The notes under the pieces were generated by a model that worked only from the letters and a program-made list of their open reading frames with translations, was not told the DNA's origin and ran no database searches. A DNA stretch of 64,000 nt, from assembly GCA_030141605.1 (NCBI GenBank), contig JAQGDQ010000352.1, positions 62,001-126,000 on the forward strand, written 5' to 3'. Shown here in pieces: positions 46,301 through 58,600 of the stretch; the first letter of the stretch is position 1; each line of letters starts with the position of its first letter. The DNA is from Tubiluchus corallicola. Its lineage: Eukaryota; Animalia; Priapulida. The position numbers were made by a program, and so were the translations under genes.

Positions 46301-46836
46301 TCTTTACAAGTAACATTTTTTTAGCCATTTGTTCACTCTTTGTGATGTGTGACATAGGTGACGTGTGTGTGAAGCGTTAAGTGAAATATAGGTCTTGTAC
46401 AGGTATGTATGTGCACAGGAACCTATTGGATTTTGCACACCACCTTTTGCAGGTGTCTTTGGCCATGCGATCGCTTATATATTTGTTTTTATTATTTTGC
46501 TATTTTTGTGGTTAAAATAACTAAATATCAGATAAATAGGAGATGTAAGTAAAGTCTGTTAAAATTTCTGTTAATCGGTTCCATGTTAGAGTAGAAAGCT
46601 AATGTTTCAAAGTGACCAGACATTTTAAGCCAAATACTTGTATCAAATACAGCATTAAACTAATTAATTCTGAATTTGCATTGTTACAACAATTACATTA
46701 TTCAAATAGAAGAGGCTATCAATTCATCCTGCCAAAAGAGAGAATACGTAGATATAAAAATAGTTTTATACCACCAGCTGCTGCTCTGTTCAATAATAAG
46801 CATTTTCATAAATTGAAAAATTCATTGCTTTTATAA

Positions 46837-46921
<85 letters not shown>

Positions 46922-48064
46922 TATATACATACACACATTTAAAGCTTTTAAATGCTTAAGTGCACCCATGAATGCTTTAAAGTGTAATAAATAAATCTTA
47001 ACAATGTTCATTCTTTTCTCAGAAAACTGAAATACTTACTATGTTTTTCCTCTAGAGTTTTCTCCAAAGCTGATTGGTTTGACTGGCAGTAAAGAACAAG
47101 TAACGGAAGCGTGTAAATCTTATAGGGTGTATTCCAGTGCTGGACCACGTGATGAGGATGATGACTACATTGTAAGTTAGTTGCTTGGAGCCATTAAGTT
47201 AAGGTTTTTTACATACTATACTGAAGTTTCTGTTAAAAAATTCTGGTTTTAGTTTTGCAAAAAAATTGATAAAATGTTTTGTGAAGTAGCTAAGAGATTG
47301 TTCACATGAAAAGTGGAATGAGCCATACTGGCATGAAAATATGCTTGCGTTCACATGACATTTACCTGTAGCATACACTGAACATTAGTAGCCAATACAA
47401 TAGTAGAATATTAACATACATTGAAAATTTAAGAACCAAATACTGTAAGCAGTAATAAATACAAAAAGACTGCACAAGAAAAATACAAAATTTGCATTTT
47501 GCTATTATTAATCAGAAAACCTAAGTGATCATACACTGGCTATAGAGTCAGGCCGGATTCAGTTGCCTGGATCTGACAGATTTTAATCATCTGGATCTGA
47601 TCAGGTTCTGTCAGCCGCTCCACCAGCTTAGAGAGATCCGTATCCAGTAAACATTGAGGATGCTCATCCAACCTGATTTTGGTCCTGATATGGTCAATCC
47701 GGTTCCAGTCTGAGTGTGTGCTGATGGAACCAGACCTTAGAGCTGTAGTGTCCCAGAGAGAAACATTTAGTTGTTGCTTTTCAAGCTATTCAGTTAAAAA
47801 CATCTTATTGCGGCTTTGCCCTTTTTGCAGCTACTAGTTAATTAATTAGTTATTGTGCATTTAGTAATTCCTTATTGGTTTTAATCAGATAACACATTTG
47901 CTTTTTTACAGGTTGACCACACCATTATCATGTATTTGCTTGATCCAGACGGTGGTTTTGTCGACTATTACGGACAGAACAAGACGGCCAATGAGATAGC
48001 GTCCAGCGTAGCAATTCATATGGTGAAGCATTCATCATCAAAAGGAGGGTTCTTTAGGAAATAA
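43316..48064 (+). CDS. SCO1: Mitochondrial cytochrome c oxidase assembly copper chaperone SCO1/SCO2
   Basis: Exons 43316-43426 (presequence-like), 44934-44996, 45125-45215 (TM, PITWK), 45324-45521 ([14 protein letters not shown], CxxxC), 46191-46283 (FISVDPARD), 47056-47171 (LIGLTG), 47912-48064 (VDHTIIMYL copper-ligand His, stop TAA). All GT-AG, phases consistent. Confidence 0.96.
43677..43874. repeat. 28-bp minisatellite, ~7 copies, in SCO1 intron
   Basis: Unit gtggttcgctcactcaaacttataacca. Confidence 0.9.
46670..46805 (+). mobile_element. Very short LINE 3' remnant (L2/Rex-like)
   Basis: Peptide [15 protein letters not shown] resembles the C-terminal RYKNSFIP motif of L2/Rex ORF2. Confidence 0.4.
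46843..46927. repeat. (TA)n microsatellite
   Basis: Direct reading. Confidence 0.95.
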
Positions 48065-48224
48065 TAGATAATGAAATTTTAGTAAATTTTTGTGAACACT
48101 GCATTATATGATAGTCCTAGAGAGGCACCTTACTTCAGAGACTTGACGTAGAGTGGAACAAGTAAAAGGATATAGCTGTGCTGAGCACTTGGGATAAGTG
48201 GTTGCACAAAAATGTATGATAACC

Positions 48225-48545
48225 TTATCTTCTACTTTTGGATAAAATGTATCAAGGAGTAGAGCTAGTCACACTTATTAGGTTAGTAAGTTGCTCAGTG
48301 CCTCTCTGAAGTTAGAATGACACTTCTTAATTTTGTATATTTCTCAATGCCTTTGTGAAGTTAGAAAAGTATCACACTTATTGGTTTTGTAAGCTTGTTA
48401 TAAAGCTAGCTTAAAGTGCTTTTCTATTTTGGATAAAATATGCTTCAATCAGGAGCAGAGCTAGTCACACTTATTAGGTTAATAAGTTTTTCAATGCATC
48501 CGTGAAGTTGAAAAGTCACTGTTTTGTAAGTTTTTAGTGCCTCTC
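48225..48545. repeat. Degenerate tandem duplications in SCO1 3'UTR region
   Basis: ttggataaaat..agagctagtcacacttattaggtta occurs twice; ~50-bp subunits ending gtgcctctctgaagtt recur. Confidence 0.6.
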
Positions 48546-49278
48546 AGAAAGCCAACCCTCTTTCTCTCAAAGATTTTCCGCAATGTCTTTATTTGTTCAA
48601 ATCGTTGCATTTTTTGCACATAGATGTCACCACAACATTATACAAGGCAAGTTCATAAATAATGTAAAAATCATGTAATTGAATAATTTGATGCTAAAAA
48701 AAGCACACAAAGCCATTTAGACACACATTCATGGCGTCATATTGATATATGCATCATTCGGTACTATGAGAGCTGTGGAATGGACTTGCCTAAAAATGTT
48801 TTAGTACTAAAAGAAATAGTTACGAAATACAGTAAACAAAGCAAAGCTATTGTGCAAATTAGTACAAGTTTCTAGAATGATAAGAGCAAAACCAATTGTA
48901 TCTGCTATGTTGATCTCGTTATGTGTGAAAAGAATAATCTTTACTATCTGTGATGTCTAACATAGGTGTATAAAACTGTAAATTGCTTAGCTGTTACGAA
49001 GCTTAGTAATAATAAATTACGTCTACTGGCGACTGCATTTTAGCCGGGCACGAAATGAAGTCGGAGAGATAGGGCTATTGACAAGCGAGAATAGTGCACT
49101 CGGTCCTTTAACTGTCCTGTACAAAGTCCGATCTTGGTTGTTTTACAGTTAGTGAAGGATATCTTTTGCAATTGTTAGTTTATGTTCGCTTGTAGTTGAT
49201 TTGATAGACACTGGGCTATTGCCACAAAGTGGTGCATACATTTGTGATAATAATTAATGATGTAATTATTGTTCGACT

Positions 49279-49670
49279 AATAAGCCTTTTGACAGTTCCT
49301 GCGATTGATTATGATCGTGAAAAGGTCAAGGGTTCAGTGAACCAGACAACACATTTGTGCACACTTGACAACTACTCGCACCCCATGCTATTGTAATAAT
49401 AACACTTTTAACAGGTACCTAGAACCTTGCTTAGTTCATTTTTTCTTGTTCCCAAGCAAGATCCTGCTATTAAATCATTCTACTCATAGACTAATGCATA
49501 AGTATGAAAGGTACACATAAAACAATTGATGTTACTGCTGTTGCAGGTCTTTTGCTTTACCCACATGTCACGTAATGATTGTAGTTAACACTTGTTGCTG
49601 TGGTACAATTAACCTTTGACCTGCAGCAACTGCGTGTGTGTACAGCGAAACTGTGAAAGGCTTATTGTGA
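49279..49670. mobile_element. ~400-bp MITE-like dispersed repeat, copy 2
   Basis: TIRs TAATAAGCCTTTTGACAGTT / AACTGTGAAAGGCTTATT; inverted homolog of 285-683. Confidence 0.75.
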
Positions 49671-50106
49671 CTGAATTTACTGCAACCGTAAATTGAATTA
49701 TGTTCATGAATACTGATAGTATGTGGCAACATCTTAGATCAAATATAGAAAATAGTAAAGAAATTATGTCCTCACTAATTTTCTTGTCCCCACTGCTGAC
49801 AGGTTTAAAACACTTCGGTTAATTCAGTGAAGTGCAGATACAGTACTAATAGTATCATTTATGACATAATGAGAGGAGATATCGTCGCAGCACAATATTT
49901 GAATTCCTTGATTCTGTTTAGCAAGACATACTACAAGTCAAAATACTAATGTACAATCTAGCCTCAAAAAATTTCAACGAAACAATGTAGGAGTCTTTGT
50001 AATTTGCATAAATTGCTTGTAATTTTAATTTACGATTTCATCGTCTAGCAGTTTTATACACCAACAGAGATGCATCCACCATTTTTTGCACTCAAACATC
50101 ATCACA

Positions 50107-50400
50107 CACTTAGATGAGTTGGAAGGGGGTGAGACTAGCAACACCACAAAAGAACTCATTGTAGGCTAACTCCTCCTGCAGCCTGAGTCCCAAGGGGCAG
50201 GATAGAGCTCTGGCAGGGAGCACCTGGCCCTCTCTAAAATGGGAAGGTGTGATGCTAGCCAGGAAAGGACAGTAGGTCCGATCAACAAGCTGTTTGCCGC
50301 CGTCAGCTTTCCTGAAATGATGAAGATGGGGAAGGTTGGGTCTGGGTGAAACAAGCCATTCCCGTAAAAAAACATTAATGTTACAGAAACCAATAAAACA
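50107..50400 (+). mobile_element. GC-rich RTE-clade 5'-leader-like fragment with ribozyme-like motifs, no ORF
   Basis: TAACTCCTCCTGCAGC, GTCCCAAG and GGTTGGG...CCCGTAAAAAAAC...TACAGAAACC resemble RTE 5' leaders as I recall them; flanked by 62-bp direct repeats 50045-50106 / 50468-50529. Confidence 0.5.
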
Positions 50401-52197
50401 ATAGTCACAGCAGCCTTTGTATTTTGTATAAATTAATTTTAATTTACAATTGCACATTAATATCTGCCTAGCAGTTTTATACACCAACAGAGACACGTCC
50501 ACCATTTTTTGCACTCAAACATCATCACAAGCAAAAGTGCTTTAAAAGACATAAAATAAAAAATTCAATAACTTATGCATGTACAGCTATTAAATGAGAT
50601 ATACAAAGGGAGTTATGAGACCGAGTGGGACCCCTATTACAAACAACATAGGTAACTTGATAACACACAATCAGGAATTACCTGAGGAAATGGCAGAAGC
50701 TGTTTATAATGAATGCAAACATCTGCAAAATGCACACAACTCAGGAGGAGATGCTTTTACTGTAGAATGTTTGTTAGCACCTCCAATTGTGGTCGCGTTC
50801 TAGATTTATTTCTCAATAATCAGTACCTGAGTAAGACAGACCCAGTAAGACTGGCGGCAGACATTACCCAGTTTTTGTCCTAGTAATGAAATATTTGATA
50901 TTGCAAAGTAGTGGAATTGAACCTATGACTTCCAGGACAGAAAACAAGTATGTAACTGATTTAGCTTTACACGAGTGCAGTTTGACATCACATAGCAGGC
51001 TCATCGAAATCCTAAACCTGATATCACAGTATTTATCCTACTCCTATCACAGAATGAAAATGTATGAAAAAAATTACATTGCTCCATAAAAGACACTGCA
51101 TAAACGTTTCCGTTAAATCCTAAAAATGCACTACATTATAATGTTTCCTGATTCTTCTCAACAGATGGCGCCTCACATAATAAATACCCAACTATACAAT
51201 ACACAGCATTACCATCTAGAAAAATTGATTTTTGACTGAAGTGGCGTTTACCTAACATCCTGTTATGCACCTGCAGAATAGCTGAGTAAAAATATCAATA
51301 GGAAATAGCTGCAGAAAAAAGAAAGCATAACGTAGGAGGTCTGATAAACGGGTGCATTTAAAACAGTATAAAACCGATTTTATTTATTCCATATCCGCAT
51401 AATGCATACGCATTCCAGATGTCAAGTAAATGCCACTTCAGAAAGGCTAAATGCACTATATCCTTAAGCCCAAAACTAGCACATGAATAATATCCTCTAT
51501 GGCTGTAATAAAGCAAACAAGGTAGGATTAATTGCAAGCCAAAACAGGTCAATTTCAAACCTGATACGAATTTTTGTAGTTATTAATTCACATTTGACTA
51601 GAAATTCCAAGCAAAAGCTGGAATTTAAGCAGATCGTGTCGAACCGTTCCTTGGAATATTTGTTGTGCATTTGCTGGCCCAGCAATACATATATAGTATT
51701 AACATAATGTTAACATGTGGACTATATTACAGCCTGTACTAGTCAAAACGGGCAAACATTAACAGTGTTTAAAGAACCTCAAGACCCAACACTTGAAATT
51801 TTCTCCACTACTTTTGTTAACGACTTGGCAAAAATGATTTCTTTTGCTCTTGTTAACATAAACCAGCTAATTTACAGCCATTATCACAATAAATTAAAGT
51901 GCATTTCTGCACATTTGCCATTATGTAAGATTCCCACTGTGAGAACCTATGACCCAAAATTCCATTATTCTTTGCACAAACAATATCACGCAGCACATAT
52001 TTGCCAGCTTTATAAGCTGCTTTTAAAGCATGAACATATTTTTCGACCTGCCTTATTTTACACAGGCAACATGTAACACAAAAGATATGCAAACATTCCC
52101 CGATAATACTGACATTTCATTCTATGCACACCAAGCAATGTTACCTCTCTTGGTAGTAACACGAAGTCCACCATGCTTAATACTTAATACTAAGATC

Positions 52198-55107
52198 TTA
52201 CGTACAATTTTCTTTAGAAAAATCCAATGACAAATCTAACCCTCTAACGAAGCTCTGAAACATGTGCAAAGGACATAGATTTTCCTGGTTGAAGCTTCCA
52301 GCACAAAACTTCAGTCCTCTAGTCAAATCAACACCATTATAAACGACACGAATAAAATAGCCGTTCTTCCCACTCAAGAGCTCAACAATAGCCCGAGAGG
52401 CATACGGCGGAACAATGCCATCATACACACCGAGTGCAGTTAAAAATGGCGACAGCGTCACATCGTGACCGGAATAAACCACTATTTTGTGCATACGAGA
52501 GTCCCGCTGTAGTGTGCTGTTCCCTAATCTGAATGATATTTCTCGCAGTAAACCATACATGTCGTATGCGGAGTACTGCTGATATGCATCGCTCGCCACC
52601 ATCTCAACGCTATTCCAAATGTAAAACTGCAGAAGTTTGTTAACATCAGCTAGCGTCAAACACTTCCCATTCTTGCAAGGTAGCTCCGCCTCGTGGCAAT
52701 AATGCGACATAGTCTGATCTAACATGCCGTGTGCACGGGCGGCCCGAGTGAAGTTGTAAACATCAGCTATCATTTCTATGTGTCGATGCATGTCCCGTTT
52801 TGCCTGCATCCTCATCCGATTCTCGGATTTAAACTGGGTGTGGTACCGGTCCGCTGCCGCGCATTTACAATTTGCCATTGCTGCCGTGCAGAACCCCAGG
52901 TGATCAGACATAGAAATCTTCACTTTTTCAATGTCAAATTTTGGTAAAAAAGACGTCATCAGTGCTATTAGACTCTGGAATGTCCGTTGATAATATGTAC
53001 TTTTCAGTAGCACTCGATCCATGTCCAGGTAATTCAGTTTTAACAAGTTGCTATACTTGCTGCGAAGGTGGAAGCCATTTCGTATATGCTGTAATATACC
53101 CACGCGGCTCAGCTGGCCAGGTTGGCAGAATTTATACAAGGGTAAGAAACCGAACTTTTGAAAGACAAGCAGGTTTTGCGGAACTTGCTGATTTTTTCTG
53201 AGTGTGACATAGTTCTTGAGCAAACTGCGTGGATCATCTTTGGAATCGACGTCACAGTTGATTTTGCGTGGCGTGGAGCTGAAGGGCATTGGACCGCGAT
53301 CACCGTGTCGTATAAGAATGTGGAGGCTTTCTAGAGTGTATCCGTCTGGAATATCTCCTGTAAAGAAAAATAAAAATGTTAGAACAATGACAATAACAAC
53401 AAAAAATGCGACTTAATGTCAATTTAGAATTTTGGACTTCTGGAATTTTAGTTTACAGTGTCAATAAGTTAACTAACACTGGCTCTGATTCGTACTTGGA
53501 CGGACTTAGCTCAAGGTTAGTTTACACAGTTGAAAAGTTAAGTAACACTGGCTCTGATTAGTACTTGGACGGACTTAGCTCAAGGTTAGTTTACACAGTT
53601 GAAAAGTTACCGAACACTGGCTATGATTAGTACTTGGATGAAAAAGCCTATTTAACTTAGACATATAAAAATTAATGTAGAATATGGCATTCGGATCTGC
53701 CACTAATTCTAGCATTCTGTCCGAAACACTAAAACTGGTACACCTCTCGTGAGAGGAAGGTGAGATGGCTAATATGGAGCAAAAATTGTAGCAAACAGAC
53801 AATATTGGTTCTCCACACTTTTATTTTTCTCTGTTGGTTTATTTTGTAATGCTCTGCACACCGAGGCACTTCTGTGGTGCTGAACTTCCGCAAACCAATC
53901 TTAATGTTCTACTTACTAAGACACAAATAGTTTTATATATTGAAAGCGCTGAACGTTTCATACCAAGGGTTCATCACTACTTGCCACTGGATTGCCAATT
54001 GTTGACATAACAAAGGACAGCAGCTTTTTGGCAAAAAATACTGTCAGTGACCAAATGTACCACCATACTACTTACTCTAATTGCTCAACTGTATTTGAAC
54101 TGGTAATAGCTTACGTGTGCCACGGACATTCAAGTGAGCTAATAGTGAAATTGGCCATTTGCACCTGCAGCATCTGACCACATCTAGGTAATTGTAATGC
54201 AGTTTAGCTAACTATTTTAGTTGGCAGGGGTCAGATTCACTAACACTTTCGTAAGAAATTTTACAGGATTTTTTTTGTTTTCGTAAAGTTACGATCGCAT
54301 TTAATAACCTTCTTAGGTTATGAAACCTTTGTTATGAAAAATCTTTCGAATAAAACAGTTCGTAGGAAGCTTTGTGAATTCGTCCCAGTTCGGTAAATTG
54401 AAAACGCCTGGCACCCTTTCAAAACTCACAGAATGCACAAGAAGATGATATTATATTATACAATACCTTCTGCACCAGTCAAGTTGTTAGTGACAAAATT
54501 GCAGTAATGATCAGCCATGTTTAAAGAACTGTTACTACTGCCATCTATCACCAGCTCTGATCGAAATATAATTTTTGCTTTACTTGCGTGTACACTTTTC
54601 CACCTGATGTACGAAACTGCAAAAAGGAACAACATAAAAATACAAAGAAATAAAATTATTAACTAACCGACCTGATGGCCTGCTCAGAAATTTATCAATA
54701 TAATAACAGCAAACTACACATAATGTTTTAACTTTTATTACAAAACCTGAAGTTCGCTTATAGTAAACTGAATGTCATTTTCCTAAAATAAAAATTTTAA
54801 GATTATATGTGCAGTTTGCAGCTATAAAATTGATGAAATGTCATATTAAAGTCACTTGAAGTGTTGAACCAAACATTTACAAACTTATATAAATACTTCA
54901 ATAATAAAACATTACATATTTTGTTTGTTATTCACTATTTTCATAATTTATTTGGCTGGCTTTTCGAATTTATCTAGCTAGTGCTGAAACCGAAGAGTGA
55001 CAAATGTAAAAAATGAAATAATTAGGCCTACCATAGATGATGACAATTGCAATCCATAGCAACATGAGAGAGCAAAAGCTCAGCTTCTTACACCTCCAAG
55101 TATTCAT
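52198..55107 (-). CDS. PXYLP1: 2-phosphoxylose phosphatase 1-like (ACPL2) histidine acid phosphatase, paralog A
   Basis: Exons 55032-55107 (MNTWRCKK plus hydrophobic type II anchor; another in-frame ATG at 55125), 54467-54616 (YCNF...GAEG), 52198-53357 (HILIRHGDRGP, RTFQS, YCH...LPC, YSGHDVTL, NGVDLT...FC, CPL). Phases consistent. Confidence 0.88.
53467..53640. repeat. ~69-bp tandem repeat, ~2.5 copies, in PXYLP1-A intron
   Basis: aacactggctctgattagtacttggacggacttagctcaaggttagtttacacagttgaaaagtta repeated. Confidence 0.85.
54228..54385. mobile_element. PIF/Harbinger-type MITE with CAG target-site duplication
   Basis: CAG-GGGTCAGATTCAC ... GTGAATTCGTCC-CAG; internal TTCGTAA repeats. Confidence 0.6.
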
Positions 55108-55607
55108 TTTGGCAGTAAGTAGCATAACACATCAGAAACAGCATGGCAACACTAAAATGATGGCAGTGTAACTTGCCATCATCCATCTGGAAGCATCTGG
55201 CATAAAAAAATGAATTCCTAATTATTCGCTTACAACAGAAAATAAAACAGCATATAAAGCGGTAATACAGTACTAGTAAGTAAGCAGGTAACTAATGAGA
55301 ATTATTTAACACCGGGTTCCTAAAATCTGGCACCTTTAGCTGTACCCTAATTAGCCTATTGGAAGACATGCCCCTATAAACTAGTAGTTTTAGGTTAGGT
55401 TAGGGTTAACCTTAACCCTAAAAATAACTTACAAATCTAACAATTACAAACAAATTCCTAAAGTTTAACATTAGATATTCTAAATATGGAATTCAGGTTT
55501 CATTATAATTAATTATCCAGGTTTTTTATATTTTGAATATAATGCATTTCAGACTTAATGCTCGTACATTAGGGTCTGTCACATGCATTTTAAGTCTTTC
55601 ACACGAC

Positions 55608-58600
55608 ACATAGACATAGACATAGACATAGACATTTTTATTTATCTCCTCATTTACACCTGTATACAAATTGACTATTATTTTTTTAGTTATTGATTAA
55701 AAAGGATAAATTAAGCATAAAGGAAAGAGTTAAGGGGGGTGCAGGAGAAAGGGTAGCGAAAGACCAATTGGTCATTGAGTCAGCTACCCTTCTCAGGTTA
55801 GTGAAAATTGTAAAAAATTTGTGGTGCTGCTGTTAACATGAATTTATGGGGGGATACATTAAACATGAAAGCGAAATAACTAAGTAAGCTATGCAACAAA
55901 GAAACAAAATGAAAAATATGATATGATGATTAACAAAATATGTAAAGCATTTAACTAACCGATTAAAACAAAAAACTAGAAAAAAGTCAAACCAAAAAAA
56001 AAACATAAATAATAAATCAGTGAAAGAAACAAAATATGTATAATAAACTCAAACAAAATATAATGAAGCAAAGATATGCAATCGTGTCAAATTAAGCGTA
56101 ATGATAAAATACTATGCAACGCAAGAACTAGTGCAGAAAAATGGAGCAAACAAAATATGTAGTGAAATTTGACTATGTGACTAAATAGACTATATGGCTC
56201 AAAAAATATAATAAAAACTTAATGATAACTGTGAAACAATGAGCAAAATAATTATAATAAAGTGAATATATATATGAAGTGAGAAAAGCATAATATGGAA
56301 GTAAGAACATAAGTGGAGCAGGCACAGTTATAAAAAATTAAGTACGAGAAAAACTGTTGTAGATTGCTTGATTTGTTTGAAGATTATTGTTTACCTTCCC
56401 CTTTCATAGTTGCGAAGAAATAATAACAATTTTACACTTTGATGAGAAGATATACTATGGTAATATAATTATAGTTAATAGATTAGCTCAAGGGTAATAC
56501 ATTAACACTATCAGGGAAGATTTATCAGATTTGATCTTAGCAGAAAAGTCACACATGGTAATTAGAAATAAGAAAGGATTTATAGTTAATTATCAAACAG
56601 CTAAAGGTGCCATTTTTTAGTTCATTAGACAGGCTGTTCCACAACAAAGCACCTTGATAAGATAGAGATCTTTGTCCTTTGTTAGTATTAAATCTATGTA
56701 CATAGAAAGTTTGGTTAGTGGCAAATCGTGTATGATACTCGTGCATCTGGGCTACGAATTTGTAGTAATTCTGAAAAATTTCAGGAAGCATATTATGTTT
56801 AAACCTATATAAAAATTTGGCCATCTCTAATTTATATATATCCTGAAGTTTTAAGATTTTATGCTGGTGGTATAAAGGTGTAACATGGGCTCTTCTATTT
56901 GTATTTGCCCAAAGCTTTATAAATTTATTTTGATTAGTAATTAGGGGATACAATGTGGAATGGGGTGCTGAGCCATAGGTAAGTATGCTGTATTCTAAAT
57001 ACGGTGAAAATAGGGAAGAATATAGAAGTTTTTTGAATCATAATTTAGAAAATGCCTAACTTTTGAAAAAATACCTATAATTTTACTGGTTTTGTTAACA
57101 ATATATTGTATATGTGCTTTCCATGAAAGACTGTGATCTATTAATACTCCTAGATATTTTATTTGATGTACAGGTTGTATCCTGGTATTTCCCATTGTCA
57201 AATTTAATGTTAAATTTTTTACTTTTCTGGGATTACCAATTATCATATATTTTGTTTTGGAATAGTTTATAGAAAGCCGGTTAGCTCTCATCCATAGATC
57301 TACTTTAGCTAGTTCAACATTAAGAAATTCTTCTAGGTGACTTATGTTAGTATCAGAACTGAAAAAGTTAGTATCATCAGCAAAAAGTCTAGTATGTAAT
57401 TGGGTATTTGAAGGGAGATCATTTATGTAAAGTAAGAAAAAAAGGGGACCAAGAGTTGAGCCTTGAGGAACACCACACTGCACATTTGCCAGATCTGAGT
57501 TTTTATTCTCGATAGATGTATATTGTTTTCTATTGTGTAAATATGACTGCAGCAATTGAAGAGGCAGGCCTCTGATACCATAGTGTTCAAGTTTGGCTAG
57601 TAAAATATCATGTTGTACAGTATCAAAGGCCTTAGACAAATCTAAAAATATGGCACAGGTGTACTTATTGTGATCCATATTTAGTAACAGATTGTCTATA
57701 AGTTCAGCAATAGCTAGGGCTGTGCAGTATCTTTTGCAAAACCCAAACTGAAATCTAGAGAGAATTTTGTTGTGGTTTATAAATTTAATTAGTCTGTCAT
57801 AAAGCAATTTTTCAAAAATTTTGGAAATAGGTGAAAGTAAAGATATTGGCTTATAGTTAGTGGGGTTATCAGGGGAGTCACCTTTATAAATAGGAATAAT
57901 TTTAGCAATCTTTAAACAGTTTGGGAATGTACCTTCAGTAATAGCCTTGTTAAACAATTTAGTTAGAACAGGGGAAATACAGAGACCAGCTGATTTGTAA
58001 AAAGATATAGGAATGTTTTCATGACCGGAGGCTTTATTCTGATTTAAATTATTTATTGCTGTATTTACTTCAGCTTCAATAATGGGTGTTAAGAAAAACG
58101 AGTTTGGCAAAGGACGTCCTAGAAAAGACTGAAATGACAGTTGTGTGGGTTGTATTTTAGATGCCATAGAAGGACCAATGGAAGCAAAAAAAGTATTCAT
58201 GACTTGACAGATATCAGTTATATCACTTGAGAGAATGCCATCTTTGTACACCTTTTTTGGTGTTATGCGTTGTTGCAATTTAGCATTTATTAAACTATTT
58301 ATGGTCGACCAAAGTTTCTTTGTGTTATTTTTACTATTTTGCAAGGTTTCTTGATAGTACCTTTTTTTTGCTAAACATTTTATATGGTTGAGTTTGTTCA
58401 AATAAACTTTGTATTTATTTCTATTATAAACATTGTTAGAGTTTTTAAATGTATTAAACAGTTGGCTTCTAGTTTTAATAGATTTCAGTATGCCTGGTGT
58501 TATCCATGGCTTGTGAAAAGTTACCACTTCACGTCTTGATAGAGTTTTTAGAGGCATACGAGTATTGAGAACTAGATTGAATGTTTGAAAAAACTGATCA

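Noticed and set aside
47125-47140. SCO1 RVYSS versus the usual RVY(Y/F)S
   Set aside because: Single substitution away from the copper ligands; could be a polymorphism or base error
50110-50514. 134-aa and 80-aa minus-strand ORFs
   Set aside because: No recognisable domain; arise from the GC-rich repeat insert and cross its boundary
52729-53416. Overlapping + strand ORFs over PXYLP1 exons (also 62250-62959)
   Set aside because: Antisense shadows of GC-richer coding exons
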